In this document: piece by piece, positions 23,985 through 37,200 of the stretch
Layout: the number at the start of each line of letters is the position of its first letter
Position numbering within the stretch: the first letter of the stretch is position 1
Assembly (NCBI GenBank): GCA_038087875.1
Contig: JAXLNO010000944.1
Span: 62,001-126,000, forward strand
Source: Malacoraja senta
Taxonomy: Eukaryota
Direction: 5' to 3'
DNA length: 64,000 bases
The notes under the pieces: model-generated
Seen by the model: only the letters and a program-made list of their open reading frames with translations
Told to the model about the DNA's origin: nothing
The model's database searches: none
Translations under genes and position numbers: made by a program

Positions 23985-26900
23985 TTTTTTTCTTTTTTAT
24001 AGTTTTATTTTATTAGAAGTAAGTACAATGGTATACAATCATATTTTCATAATACCTTTTATGTACAGCTTCTTATTTTTTAAATTTTTTGTAATAAAGA
24101 AGAAAAAGAAAAAAGTTAGATAATGAAAAATAGAAAAATGTGAGATATATGGTGTGTGAAAAAGAAAAATAGAGAGTGAAGAAAGAAAGTTAAGACATAG
24201 AAAATAGAAGAAAGAGAGTAAAAGAAGAAAAGAGAAGAAAAGAAAATAGAAGTAAGGAGATCATTTTTAAGGTACACAAAAATGCTGGAGAAACTCAGCG
24301 GGTGCAGCAGCATCTATGGAGCGAAGGAAATAGGTAACGTTTCGGGCCGAAACCCTTCTTCAGATCATTTATAATCTTGACCATCCCTCACCCAGTCACG
24401 GATTAGCTTTTACACCTGTGTTGCACCATATGTTTCCAAAAAGACGACAAATGGAGACTAACTCGTTATGAATTGGTCAAATTTATCTATTAGGAGGAAT
24501 CGCATTTCCTCAAGATGTGCGGTATCCAACATACTTGCAATCCACATTTTGAGCGTTGGTATTGGTGTATTTTTCCAAAATTTCAATATTAATTTTTTTG
24601 CTATTATTAAACCATAATTAAAAATTGACTTTTGAGATGAGCTCAATTTGTTCCCATCTTCCATTACCCCAAATATAATCAATTCGTTATTGGGTTCCAT
24701 TTTTGTCTTAAATAATTTTGTAAATATTTCGAAAATATCACTCCAAAATCCATGAAGTTTTATACAAGAAACAAAAGAGTGTGTTATAGTTGCGTCTTGG
24801 GTTAAACATTTATCGCAAATGGGCGATATATTTGGATAAAATTTATTTAATCTTGTTTTTGAGTAATATAATCTATGTAAAATTTTAAATTGGATTAGAT
24901 TATGTCTTGCGTTAATCGAACACTTGTGAATGTATGTCAAATACTTTTCCCATGTAGCCTTCATAATTTTTATCAATAATTCCCGTTCCCACTCTTCTCT
25001 AATTACCTCGGTCACAGGTAAATCTATATTTAAGATACTATTATATAAATATGATATTAATTTTTGTGTATCAGCTTTTATATTCATTACTTCTTCTAGT
25101 AAATCAGGAGTTATTTTTTGATATCCCTGTATGTATGTCTTCAAAAAATTACAAATCTGAAAATATTTAAAATAATGAGTGTTTTTCAGTTTAAATTTTA
25201 ATTGTAATTGTTGAAATGATAATAAATCTCCCATTTCATACATGTCCCCGATCCTTTTAATTCCTAAACTTTCCCATTGATTATATATTTTATCCATCAT
25301 AGATGGTTTAAATAAAGGATTATTCGCTATCGGTGTTAACAATGATAGGTTTCTTAATTTTAAGGATAATTTTATTTGTTTCCATATTCTTATTGTATCT
25401 TGTATAATTGGATTTTTCTTATATATTGTATTGTTCATTTTTTTCGGGGAGAAGAGGATTGTTCCTATATTACAAGGATAACAATCCTCTTTCTCCATAT
25501 TTATCCATTCTGTCTGTTGAGTTGAACTATCCAACCAGTAAATTATATTCTTAATACGTACTGCCCAATAATAATACAGAAAATTCGGGAGTGAAAGTCC
25601 CCCTACAGCTTTTGGTTTACATAAGTGTTCTTTTATAATTCTATGTGATTTATAATCCCAAATAAAATTAGTAATATTAGAGTCTAATTTAAAAAATATA
25701 TATTTTGGTATATATACTGGTATAGACTGAAATAGGTATAATAGTTGTGGTAGAAAGATCATTTTTATAGCATTTATTCTACCTATTAATGATAAAGGAA
25801 GTGTTTTCCAAAATTTAATCAGTATATTAAGTTTGTTTAATAAAGGTATAAAATTAGCATTGAATAATGCTTTATGTTTTCTAGTAATCTGATTACCCAG
25901 ATATTTAAATTTTTCAATTGCTATTTTAAAGGGGAACTTCAATAAGTGTATAGGTTCTTGAGGTTTTAATGTCATGATTTCACTTTTATTCCAATTTATT
26001 CTATATCCAGAAAAGGACCCAAATTCCTCTATTATGTTTAATAAATTTGGTATGCTCGTTTGTGATTTTGTAATATATAAAATAATATCGTCTGCATATA
26101 ATGACATTTTATTATTTGAGTCCCTAGTATTATAACCCTGAATATTCGGTTGACTTCTTATACTTTCAGCCAAAGGTTCTATCATAAGGGCGAATAGCAG
26201 GGGTGATAACGCACATCCCTGCCTATTACCCCTTGATAATTGAAATTTTTGAGATAACGTATTATTAGTCAATATTCTTGCCATCGGTTTATCATATAAT
26301 AATTTCACCCATGTAATAAAATTCTTTCCCATATTAAATTTTTGCAATACTTTGTATAAATACTGCCTGATCAAATGCTTTCTCTGCGTCCAAAGAAATA
26401 ATTGATATATCTTCTTCCTCCACTTTATGTGAGTACGTTATATTAAACAAGCGTCTCAAATTATTAAATGAATATCTTTTGGGTATAAACCCCGTTTGAT
26501 CAGGGTTTATCAATTTACTAATATATTTACTTAGTCTTCTTGCTAAAGTCTTTGCTAGAATTTTCTGATCTGTATTTAAAAGTGATATAGCTCTATATGA
26601 GCCCAGATCCTCTAGATCTTTATCTTTTTTTGGAATAAGCGTAATAGTTGATTCTGCTAATGTTTCAGATAGTTTATTTTCTTTAAAAGCGTGAGTATAT
26701 AAATTAAATAAATAAGGAGTCGTTATCTCATGACATTTTTTATAAAATTCATTACTAAAACCGTCTTACCATTTTTCAACGATTTTATTGTTTCACCTAT
26801 TTCTTCGATTGTAATTTGCGCTCCAAGTTCCTCTTGTTCCAAAAGGTCAAGTTTTGGAAGATTACAATAATCTAAGTTTTTAAAAATTTTACTATCTTCT

Positions 26901-29900
26901 ATTTTAGTTTTTGATGTATATACATTTTGATAAAATTGAGCAAATCTTTTATTAATATCTTTAGGTAGTATTAGTAATTCACCATTCTCTGATTTAATTT
27001 TATTTATAGTATTTTCTTTTTCTTGTTTTTTCAGTTGACGAGCTAACAGCTTATGTGGTTTGTCACCAAACTCAAAATGTTCCTGTTTTGTAATTTGGAA
27101 TAATCTTATTACTCTTGCCGATAGAATTCGATTAAGTTTAAATTTCAGTAATATTATCTTATTATGTTTATCTATAGTGGGGTCTTTAGCATTATCTAAC
27201 TCTAACTGTCTAATTTCTTGTTCTAGCAACATTTGTTCTGTCTTATTCTTTTTATTTTGAAAAATTCGTATGAAATTATAATTCCTCTAATAAATGCCTT
27301 AAAAGTGTCCCATAATAAAGAAGGCGAGGTACCTGGCATATCATTTGTATCAAAAAAAAGTTTCATTTGTTGTTTTAAATATTGATAACCTTGTATGTCA
27401 TTTAAAATATGTGTATTAAACCTCCAAAAAAACTTTTTACCCGGCATTCTCTCGAATTTTACTGAAAATGTCAATGGGGAGTGATCAGAAATACTACTAA
27501 TGTGGTATGTTGGATTAATTGTATATGGCATTAATTTCATATGCACGAAAAAATAATCAATTCTTGAATAAGTTTTATGTACCGAAGAGTAAAACGAGTA
27601 TTCCCTTCCAGCTGGATTAGCAGATCTCCATACATCTACTATATTAGTATTTTTTATATATGTATTTAAAAGTTCACTAGTCTTAGATTTTAAATGACTC
27701 CTCTTTTGTTTTACTGATTTGTCTAGATACGGATATAAAACACAATTGAAGTCCCCTCCTATTATTACATTCTGATAATTAAACTCTGATATCATATCTA
27801 TAATTTTATCAAAACATTTGGGGTTGTCAAAGTTCAGAGCGTAAATATTTATCATAGTTAGTGGGTTTGCATAAATGTCTCCCGAAACTATAATATACCT
27901 TCCCTCTTTATCTGATATAGTATTCTTTAATTTAAAAGGTATACCTTTTCGGATAAGAATAGCCATACCTCTAGATTTAGAAGTAAATGACGAATAGTAT
28001 GTTTGACCTGTCCACTTCGCCTTTAATCTCATTTGTGTTTGTTGTTTCATGTGAGTTTCCTGTAAAAACATTATGTCGCTGTTCATAGATTTTAGTTGAG
28101 CAAAAATGTTACCCCTCTTAATTGGTTCATTGGCACCCCTTAAATTCCAACTACAGAATGTAATTCCTCCATTCTTTATTTGTCTATCGTCTTGCATTAT
28201 ATATCAAAATAATATTCCTGAATCATATGGTGCAACCAAATACCTCCGAGTTCTGGGCGTTGGGTGGTCATGCCAAATTTTTAGATTTATATAGCATCTC
28301 CTTGTACAGTGCCTTTGAAAAAGAAAAGAAAGATGTGATATAAAATTGATTACAAAAAAAGTGTGCGAATAAAAGTCTTTATAGTGAAAAAAAGTGCTCT
28401 TAAGATATCTAAGAAAAGACGAATGGCCACCTAAGGTGGCGAAAAATTTATAGACTTCCATTCATGTTGTTATACATTGAGCTCCAACTCCTTAATAGAT
28501 CCTAATAAAAAAACTACAGACCGTTACATATTTTATCTTTGCTTATATAAATTTATCGAACTAGCCCCAATAAAAAATGAAAAAAATTAACAAAAAAAAA
28601 AAAATCAAAGGGAGATATAAAAAATGAAAAAACAAAAACACACAAAACACAACCTAAGGTCAATTTTATAAATATATATGCCCTTCCAATTTATTTAACC
28701 TTAATCTAGTCTAAGCTTTACCATATATATCCACCCAGAATTCTTACACATACAAACCGGTACCAAGGGGTTAAACAAAACCTCACTACAGAATCTCTTC
28801 CAGTTATATGCTGCAACTGACTCCTACCTACCCAAAAAGAAAAAAAATATATGTTAATTGTGTTATAGACGTTTTAGTGACTTAAATCAATTATCTCCTT
28901 CCCCGTCTCATGATTTCTTGATTTATTCATATTTACTACATCCATTCACAAATAATTAGTGTTAAATTAGTTAAAGTCGTTAATTATTTATAATTGGAGT
29001 ATAATAATTAAAAATCTTCTTAAATCAGCAAATTATATATTCCATGTCGTTCCATGTCCATTATACATTCCCTCATTAATTCTGTGTCTTCAACGTCTTT
29101 TGTTTATCTTTAAGCTTTTCATTCAAGGTGAAATATAGACAGTACTCTCCCAAACACATTCCAGACAGATAAGCTTAACCAGTCCTAAAAGTTAAACCGA
29201 TCAATCTTCATCCGTGTCGGGAACTTCAGCAGCTTCACCAGAAGTGTTCTTTACGATATCCTCTGCATATTTAAAAGCTTTTTCGGGGTCTGTGAACGAG
29301 CGTACAGTACCATCATGAGTAATCTTCATTTTAGCTGGATAAAATATCCCATATCTCATATCGCGTATCACTTTCAGAATATTTCTTGTCTGTGTAAACA
29401 AGTTCCTTCTCTGAACGACCTCCGGGGGGTAATCCCGGAAAAATCGAATAGTATCCCCACAATATGTCAGATTCTACCCATGAGTAATCTTTTTCAATAT
29501 AAATTCCACTGAAGAGATATCGAGGAATTTCACAATTATCTGTCTTGGAGGAGCATTTGCCTCTTGAAACACGTCCAACTCTGTGAGCGACATCTATTCT
29601 TGGTGCTCCCGGCAGTTCAAAAACTTCTTTGTGTAAGTCAGTAACAAAAGTACATGTTTGAGATCTATGTCCCTCTCGTCCTTCTCTCACTCCAACAATT
29701 CTCAAATTCTGCCTTCTTGATCTTGCTTCCAAATCCAGACATTTGTCCGTCATTTTTACAAGTTTTTCTTCCTCAATTTTTTGTGACTTTTTTCAAACTC
29801 TCTATTTCAGTGGCCATTACTTTTATTTCATTCTCCATCTCTTCCATTAACTCATCCAGCTTTTCCATATTATCCTTAACATCAGTAAATTTCTTATTAT

Positions 29901-30380
29901 AGTCATTTTCGAGTCTAGCACATTCTGACTTTAATTTTTTATCAGCCTCCTTATGTTGTTTCTTCAGCTCTTTTAACTCACCGTAAGCTGTATCAATTTT
30001 TTGAGAAATTCTCTCCATATTAGTCTCGATACTCTGCTTATTACTCTCCATATTAGACTCCATACTCTGGATCTTTTCCAGTGTAGCATTGATTGTAGCA
30101 GACATTTCTAAAAGCATTTGCTTTACCTCCTTCTCCTTCTTGTCTCCTTTTGCAGCCATTTCAAGCAGTGATCCTTGGCTGTCGAATTCTTCTTCTTCTG
30201 AGCCTTCCTCTGTCGTTTGCAGAGTATCCAAGACTTTCTCGAGTTGGAGACTTATGGTGTTCTTCTTGGGTGCTCGTGAGACTTTCTCTCTTCTTATTTA
30301 AAAACAGCTTTTTAACGGTTTTTAACAGTTTTTGCTGGAGAGGAGCTCAATGTGACGCCTTCAGTACTCCATAGCGCCAC
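23985..30380 (-). mobile_element. L1/Tx1-type LINE, full length in span, frameshifted
   Basis: 5' UTR to ~30380; ORF1 coiled coil 29773..30231 plus DLEARSRRQNLRIVGV; ~1 kb spacer; EN 27223..28197 (SWNLRG, LQETH, GGDFN, SRID, SDH); RT/C-term 24458..26374; AATAAA/poly(A) end near 23985. Confidence 0.94.
24267..24361 (-). mobile_element. Penelope-derived short tail inserted in the L1 3' UTR
   Basis: AGATCATTT duplicated at 24258-24266 and 24362-24370. Similar tails occur at ~6270, 8270, 13490, 31420, 31775, 32540, 48340, 55535 and 58165. Confidence 0.8.
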
Positions 30381-30381
30381 C

Positions 30382-30911
30382 CTGCTTGAAATGGTATGAA
30401 ACTGCTTTTGAATTTGGTGGCCTTGCCACCCTGCTTGAAATGGTAGGAAACTGCATTTGAGTTTGGTGGCCTTGCTCTCTGCTTGAAATGGTAGGAAACT
30501 GCATTTGAATTTGGTGGCCTTGCACCCTGCTTGAAATGGTAGGAAACTGCATTTGAATTTGGTGGCCTTGCTCTCTGCTTGAAATGGTAGGAAACTTCAT
30601 TTGAATTTGGTGGCCTGTACTCTGCTTGAAATGGAATTTAAAGGAATAGCCTTGAGTCAACTGCCAGTCCACCAGCCGTGAGTAAGCTGCCAGCACACCA
30701 GGCTTGAGTGACTGAGCTGCCAGCCGAAGAATCCATTCGGCCCACAATGTCCATACTAGCCCTCTGGAAACCAGTCCCTTCAGCCCACAACACCCAGAAA
30801 GCCCCCCCCCCCCGGCCACCACTATTGGAATTGGTGGAGAGGTACAATATTGCGTTGGGGGACCAGCCCTCCCGTGTGAACATGGGACCCAACGGGTCCC
30901 ACTTAGTCTAG
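30382..30911 (+). mobile_element. Helitron 3' fragment with ~48-bp internal tandem repeat
   Basis: GGGACCC-AAC-GGGTCCC hairpin, then ACTTAGT and CTAG|T at 30908-30912. About six copies of ctgcttgaaatggtaggaaactgcatttgaatttggtggccttgctct (30382-30635). Confidence 0.82.
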
Positions 30912-30989
30912 TATTATCAATAAATTACATTTCCGAAATACAATGATGTGTTCCAGAGTTAGAGCCACTGGCTGCTTGCATGCTTGTAC

Positions 30990-31202
30990 CTTAATAATCC
31001 CTGCTCTGACAGCTGCCGAGTCTGCCTCCATTGCCGGACGAGGATAAAGTGAAGCATCTGAGAGGATCTTCATCTCCAAGCCAGCGAGGAGGGCCTTGAG
31101 TTCCTTGTGATGCACCAGCTGTGCTGTCAGTGGTTCCCCTGTGCTGTCTTGTGATGAACCAAAGAGCAGCTTGTGGACAAGTGGGAGCAACGCCGTCTCC
31201 TT
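30990..31202 (-). CDS. SUN-like gene exon ([17 protein letters not shown]...VRAGIIK)
   Basis: gcgtttag|AAG acceptor and AAG|gtacaa donor; 213 nt, phase 0-0, open; KLLF and [14 protein letters not shown] resemble the SUN1/2 pre-SUN coiled coil. Confidence 0.75.
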
Positions 31203-34200
31203 CTAAACGCACAAGAGCAGGATAGTCAGTGCTCCTCCTTGTAGACATTGAAATCAATGCAAAGCAGTATCTTTGTCATCGTAAAAAATATATTATTTTA
31301 CAATTGTTGATCCTTTGGCGAGGGAGACAAGGCAATGGAATACATTATAGCTGAAAGGATACTGAACTGTGGGGAACAAAAATATCTTGGAGAGCTTGTT
31401 GTGTAGGAAGGAAATGCAGATGCTGGTGTACACTGAAGATAGACACAAAATCCAGGCAGCATCTAATGCTCCAGAGATCCTGTCCATCCCGCTGAGTTAC
31501 TCCAGCATTTTGTGTCTATCTTTGGAGAGCTTGTTGTGGGATCTTTGAAGGTAGTGGGACAGTCATCTTGGAACTGTGGAAAATGTTATCTCAGCCGTAC
31601 CTGTAACATTGTGTGGATTCTGGTTGCCTCCCTACAGGATTGATGGGAGTTCACTAGAGAGGCACAAGAAAGGTTTACGACATTGGCAGGACTAGAGAAG
31701 AAAGGTTGCAAGGATAGAGTCGTCAGGAACTGCAGCAGGTAGATTGTTTGAGTGGTTATAATATTATAGTAAAAAGACAAAATGCTGGAGTAACTCAGCG
31801 GAACAGGCAGCATCTCTGGAGAGAAAGAATGGATCATGTTACGGATTGAGACCCTTCTTCAGACGTCTCGACCCGAAATGTCATCCATCACCCCCCCCCC
31901 CCTCCCCCTCCCCCAGTGATGCTGCCTGTCTTGCTGATGTCTATCTGCGGTGTAAACCAGCATCTGCAGTTCCTTCCTACACATAAGGTTATGATATTCT
32001 GACTGGTCCATTCAGAGTAAACAAGGTAACCATCTTTCCTACACAAAGTTGGAAATGTCATTCAATTAGCACAAGGGTTTGATGCAATTAGTACAGTGGG
32101 CCAAGGGTTCACTGCCTGAATGGCTGTTGGAAGCAGAACTCACATTTACTGGGCACCTGGACCAGCAGTAGAAGAGGCTGTGAGTGAGATTCACCTGGCC
32201 TCCCAGCACGTAAAACAGAAGGTGGGAACTATAGGTCAATTGACAGGTACATGGATAGGACAGGTTTGGAGGGATATAGACCAAACGCAGGCAGGTGGGA
32301 CTAGTGTAGCTGGGACATGTTGGCGGGTGTGGGCGAGTTGGGCCGAAGGGTCTGTTTCCACACTGTATCACTCTATGATTCTAATTCATCCAGCACTCAT
32401 AGTTCACAAGAGGAAATAACTAATCATTTGGTAAGCTGCATCTAATCAAACGTAGCCAACATGGTTTAATGAAAATCATGTGTGATAAAACTTGACAGGA
32501 TGTGATAGGGAGTTGATAAGGGAAACCTGTAAATGTAGGAGGAAGGAACTCCAAAGATAGACACAATAAGCTGGAGTAACTTAGCGGGTCAGATAGCATC
32601 TCTGGAGAAAAGGACTTTTCTATTTGTTTTCTCCAGAGATGCTGTCTGACCCGCTGAGTTACTCCAGCTTTTTGTGTCTATCTCCTGTAAATGTAATGAG
32701 TATTTAGATCTCCAAAAGGCATTTGCCACATATGAGGGCAAATGTGCTAACATGGACTGAAAGGTGGGTCATATAGAAAAACAAGTTAGAATAAATGCGT
32801 GAAAACTGCAGATGGGATAAATCTGAAAAACTAAATGCTGGGAGCACTCGGGTCAGGCTGCATCTGTAGCCAGAGAAACAGAATTCATGTTTCAAGTCAA
32901 AGACCCTTCGTCAGAACTGGGGAGGTGACAACAGAAACTTGTAAAGCTGCACAGGTGGGTGGATGACTCTGATAGTGTCAAACCAGGTGACCATGGGAAT
33001 AAGCTGCACACAAAGTTATCTGGTCAAGGAGTGAATAGGAGCGGTTAGGTGATAAGACAAATAGACAAAGATCGTAGCATTTGCAAAATGCAGAGCAAGA
33101 AGACATGTCTAGGAAGGAATGGCAGATGCTGGTTTAAACCGAAGATAGACAACGGGACAGGCTGCATCTCTGGAGAGAAGGAATGGGTGATGTTTCAGGT
33201 GGATACGCTGTTCAAACAAGACATGTCTGGCAGGTCAGCATGGACATGCCCTCCACTTTTGGATAGAGATTTTAAAAAGAAGCCAACCCAATTATCACAA
33301 ATGGACAACTGATACTAACAGAGGAATCAAGATACCCAAGATTATCGAATTCCGTTCAAGCCCAGAGGACTGCCATGAGCCCAAATGGAAGGTGAGATGC
33401 CATTCCTCAAGATTGCTTTGAGCCTCATTGCAACAGTACAGGAAGTCACAGACTGTTCAGTCACTCCCACATCCAAGAGTCAGAATGAGATAACAGGAAG
33501 CTCACGTGTGACCCATGGATCTAACACAGGTGCTCCACAAAGTGGAAACCCAACGCCTGTTTGGTTTCTCCAATGTAGAGGAGACCACGTCGTGAACACA
33601 GGGAAAGGAGCAGAGGGGGAAAAGGAGAGAGTGAGAGAAAGGGAAGAACACAGTAGAGAGGGAAGGGGAGAGTGGGTGTTGTGTGTTAAAGTAGGGGAGG
33701 GAAGAGGGGAAGATACTTTCCACGCTTTCCTCTTCACCTCAATCTCTTTGATCATCTCCAAGGCAGAAGAAGTGCTAAGTTTTGGCCTTTTACAGTTAAA
33801 TAAAAAACTATTTGGGAAAACTTACATCAGTCATATTTTAATTCTGTTTTCCAAAGCTTGCATGCTGGAGTCCATGTCCTTCTGTGCTGCACGTACAGCC
33901 TGCAGCTCCAGCCGTGTCTGGCTGAGCTGCTCCTCCAGCAGCACCAGTGCAGTCAGTAGCTGCTTCTGTTCATCTGTCAACCTATAATAATAATAATCAA
34001 TATAATGTTATTAGCCAAGTATGTATACATACAAGAACTTGCCTTGATGCTTTGCTTGCAAGGATAAAAACATGATATACAGTAGACAATTAAAAATAAA
34101 ACATTATAATTTAAACATGTGGAAATAAAGTACCAGAGTAAAAAGAGGCTACAGATTTTTGGCTGTAAGTAGAGCTACTGCTTGTGGAAAAATACTGTTT

Positions 34201-37200
34201 TTATGTCTGGCTTTGGCCCAGACAAAATCTGTCCTATACAGGACAAAGCAAGTCATCAGGGTGCAGGAGCAGAGGTGGCACGGCGGTGCAGCAGTAGAGC
34301 TACGGCATTACAGCGCCAGAGACCCGGGTTCAATCCTGAGTACCGGTGTAAGGGTGATCGTTGGTCTGCACGGACTCGGTGGGCTGAAGGGCGTGTTTCC
34401 ACGCTGTACCTCTAAACTAAAACGTCGGTTGACCTGTTTCACACAGCAACCGACGAAGCCCCCCTCCCCAGGTCTACTGCTACTCCACTCATGGCTGTAA
34501 ACACACAGCATCAGCGTTACACTGCTCACAGCTCAGCCACAGGCAAACCTGCTGCCGTGCCACATCCCAGGGGCATCTTGATGCATCTGCAGATACTGTG
34601 GCCTACAACATCAACACCAAAACATTTGTGACGTGGCGTGATAACACTGATATGACGCCGGCAGTCACCGAAAAAATTGCCAAATGGGACAGGCCCTTAA
34701 ATGAATTATTTATCTCTATCGTTGTGAGCAGATGATGCAGTCTGGAAACTGCCGCAGCTCAGCTCTGCACCTTTCCACAGCAGTTTCCATTTCCTTCACC
34801 TTCTGCAACAACATCTAGGAATAGAAATTAAAAACAAAGTTTATTTTCAATTTGGAGGCTTTTTAATTCAACTGTAATTTATTTCACAACATACACGTCA
34901 AATTTACAAATATGTAATGCAGAAAAGTCACTTTTCCATACTTCATATTTCCTTGTGATATAGGCCATTTCAGCCCATCAAATCAATGCCAGCTCTCAGA
35001 GAATCCCAGTCCTTCACAAATTCTCCTTGAAACTAGTTCCTCACAAATTCCCATCAATTGCCTGCAGAATCCACCATTCAATTGAAAGCAAACTTCACTG
35101 AACTGTAGCAGCTTAACACCCAGAGGATGGGAAATGCAGGGAATTCTCTGCCCAAGTGGCTACGGAGACCAGACTTGAAACCAGTTCAACACCGAGGTGA
35201 CTGGCCTTAATATTACGGAATTGAGAGTATGGCATTAAATGGTGCCGAGATAAATGGTCTGACTGAAAGGCAGATCAGCTGAGTGGCAGCATGGTGGTGC
35301 AGCAGTGGAGTTGCTGCCTCACAGCACCAGTGGCCCAGATTCGATCCCGACTACGGGTGCTAAGTACGGAGTTTGGACATTCTCCCCGTGACCTGCGTGG
35401 ACTTTCTCCAGGTGCTCCGGCTTCCACCCACACTCCAAAGACATACAGGTTTGTTAGCTAAATCTATATATTTAAAACCGATCAAGTTGCACTGCATATT
35501 GATTTTAGAAAAAACGCTGCCACTTACGGCTGTGATTTTTGGACATCTTACTCAGAGTCCCCCTCCCCTGCGCAGGGCCAGAGGATTTTTCCCATCGATG
35601 AAAAATAAAAGACTTACTCATGTTTAAAAAATGTTGAGATTCTCTCTCCTGTCCATCACGCCATGAAGGCCACGCCCCTTCCTAAGGGACTATAAAACCT
35701 GGAAGTGTAGAGGTGCCTCAGTTCTCTGCAAGATGGGGGGGGGGGGGAACAACAGGTCACAGCTCTCAGTCGGAGCTGCGAATAACACTGAACACATGTC
35801 AACTAAACTGTGAGTGGTTTTACTGACCTGTCAGTGCCCTTAATGTGGTTTGAAAATGTAGTTTGAAAATGCAAAAGTGTGTTTTGGTTTGAAAAAGTCT
35901 AAAGCTGCGTTGCCTTTGGTTTGAAAGCGCTAAAGCCTCCTTTGGTTTGAAAACGCTAAATCCGCCTTTGGTTTGAACACTCTAAATCTGCCTTTGGTTT
36001 CAACACGCTAAATCTGCCTTTGGTTTGAAAACGCTAAAGCTGCCTTTGGTTTGAAAATGCTACAGCTGCCTTTGGTTTGAAAACACTAAAGCTGCCTTTG
36101 GTTTCAACACGCTAAAGCTGCCTTTGGTTTCAACACGCTAAAGCTGCCTTTGGTTTCAAACCGCTAAAGCTGCCTTTGGTTTAAAAACGCTAAAGCTGCC
36201 TTTGGTTTCAAAACGCTAAAGCTGCCTTTGGTTTGAAAACGCTAAAGCCGCCTTTGGTTTGAAAACGCTAAAGCCGCCTTTGAAAACGCTAAAGCTGCCT
36301 TTGGTTTGAAAACGCGTACAGCTGCCTTTGGTTTGAAAACGCCTACAGCTGCCTTTGGTTTGAAAACGCTAAAGCTGTCTTTGGTTTGAAAACGCTAAAG
36401 CTGCTTATAGTTTGAAAACGCTATGTAGACAAAAGTGCTGGAAATACTCAGCGGGTGCAGCAGCATCTATGGAGCGAAGGAAATGGGCAACGTTCCAAAA
36501 CGCTATAGTTGCCTAATGTTTGAAAACGCTAAAGTTGCCTATGGTTTGAAAACGCTAAAGTTGCCTATGGTTTGAAAACGCTAAAGTTGCCCTTGGTTTC
36601 AAAACGCTAAAGCCTTTTCTATTACTGGGCGACTAATATGAAAAACTTAATCTACTGGATGGATGACACATGCCAACAGGTAAACTGGTTAAAAATGGAG
36701 AGGGAAGATTGTTTGCCTTTTAATATCGGCGCGATTCTTCTTTCTCTAAGACATCTGAATAAATCAATGTATGAGCAAAATCCGATAATACTCAGTACCG
36801 TAAGCATTTGGAAACAGTTGAAATCAAACCTCAAACTGAGAAATTTCTCTCTCCTTTTACCAGTTGCTAATAAACCCTTGTTTAAACCGTCTACTTTAGA
36901 TAAGGCGTTTGCACAATGGAAAAACTCAGGCATTAAAATGGTGGGAGATCTTTACGAGAAGGGGATGTTCCTCTCGTTTCAAGAATTACAGGAGAAATAT
37001 CACTTGAAAGCAAGTAATTCTTTCAGAAATCTTCAAATCCGAGACTACATGAAAACATATACACAAGACTGTCACTCTATGGGTCCAGATATACTAGATG
37101 ACTGCATGAATAGACATGTTGATACAAGCAAGTTAATATCCTACATTTACCATACTCTTTTAACTGTATACATCCCATTTTCTGAGAGGCATAGGCGAGC

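Noticed and set aside
24458-28197. Active autonomous L1
   Set aside because: ORF1 and ORF2 are each broken by frameshifts or stops; no L1, CR1 or Penelope copy in the window has an intact ORF set.
30361-30822. 153-aa ORF with repeated QGHQIQMQFPTISSR
   Set aside because: Translation of the 48-bp Helitron minisatellite.
33385-33987. 200-aa plus-strand ORF
   Set aside because: Antisense shadow of the coiled-coil exon plus Penelope and purine-rich sequence.
34435-34495. Extra exon after a good acceptor (tgtgtttacag)
   Set aside because: Phases do not fit the flanking exons without a stop, and the donor (gtcaac) is poor.
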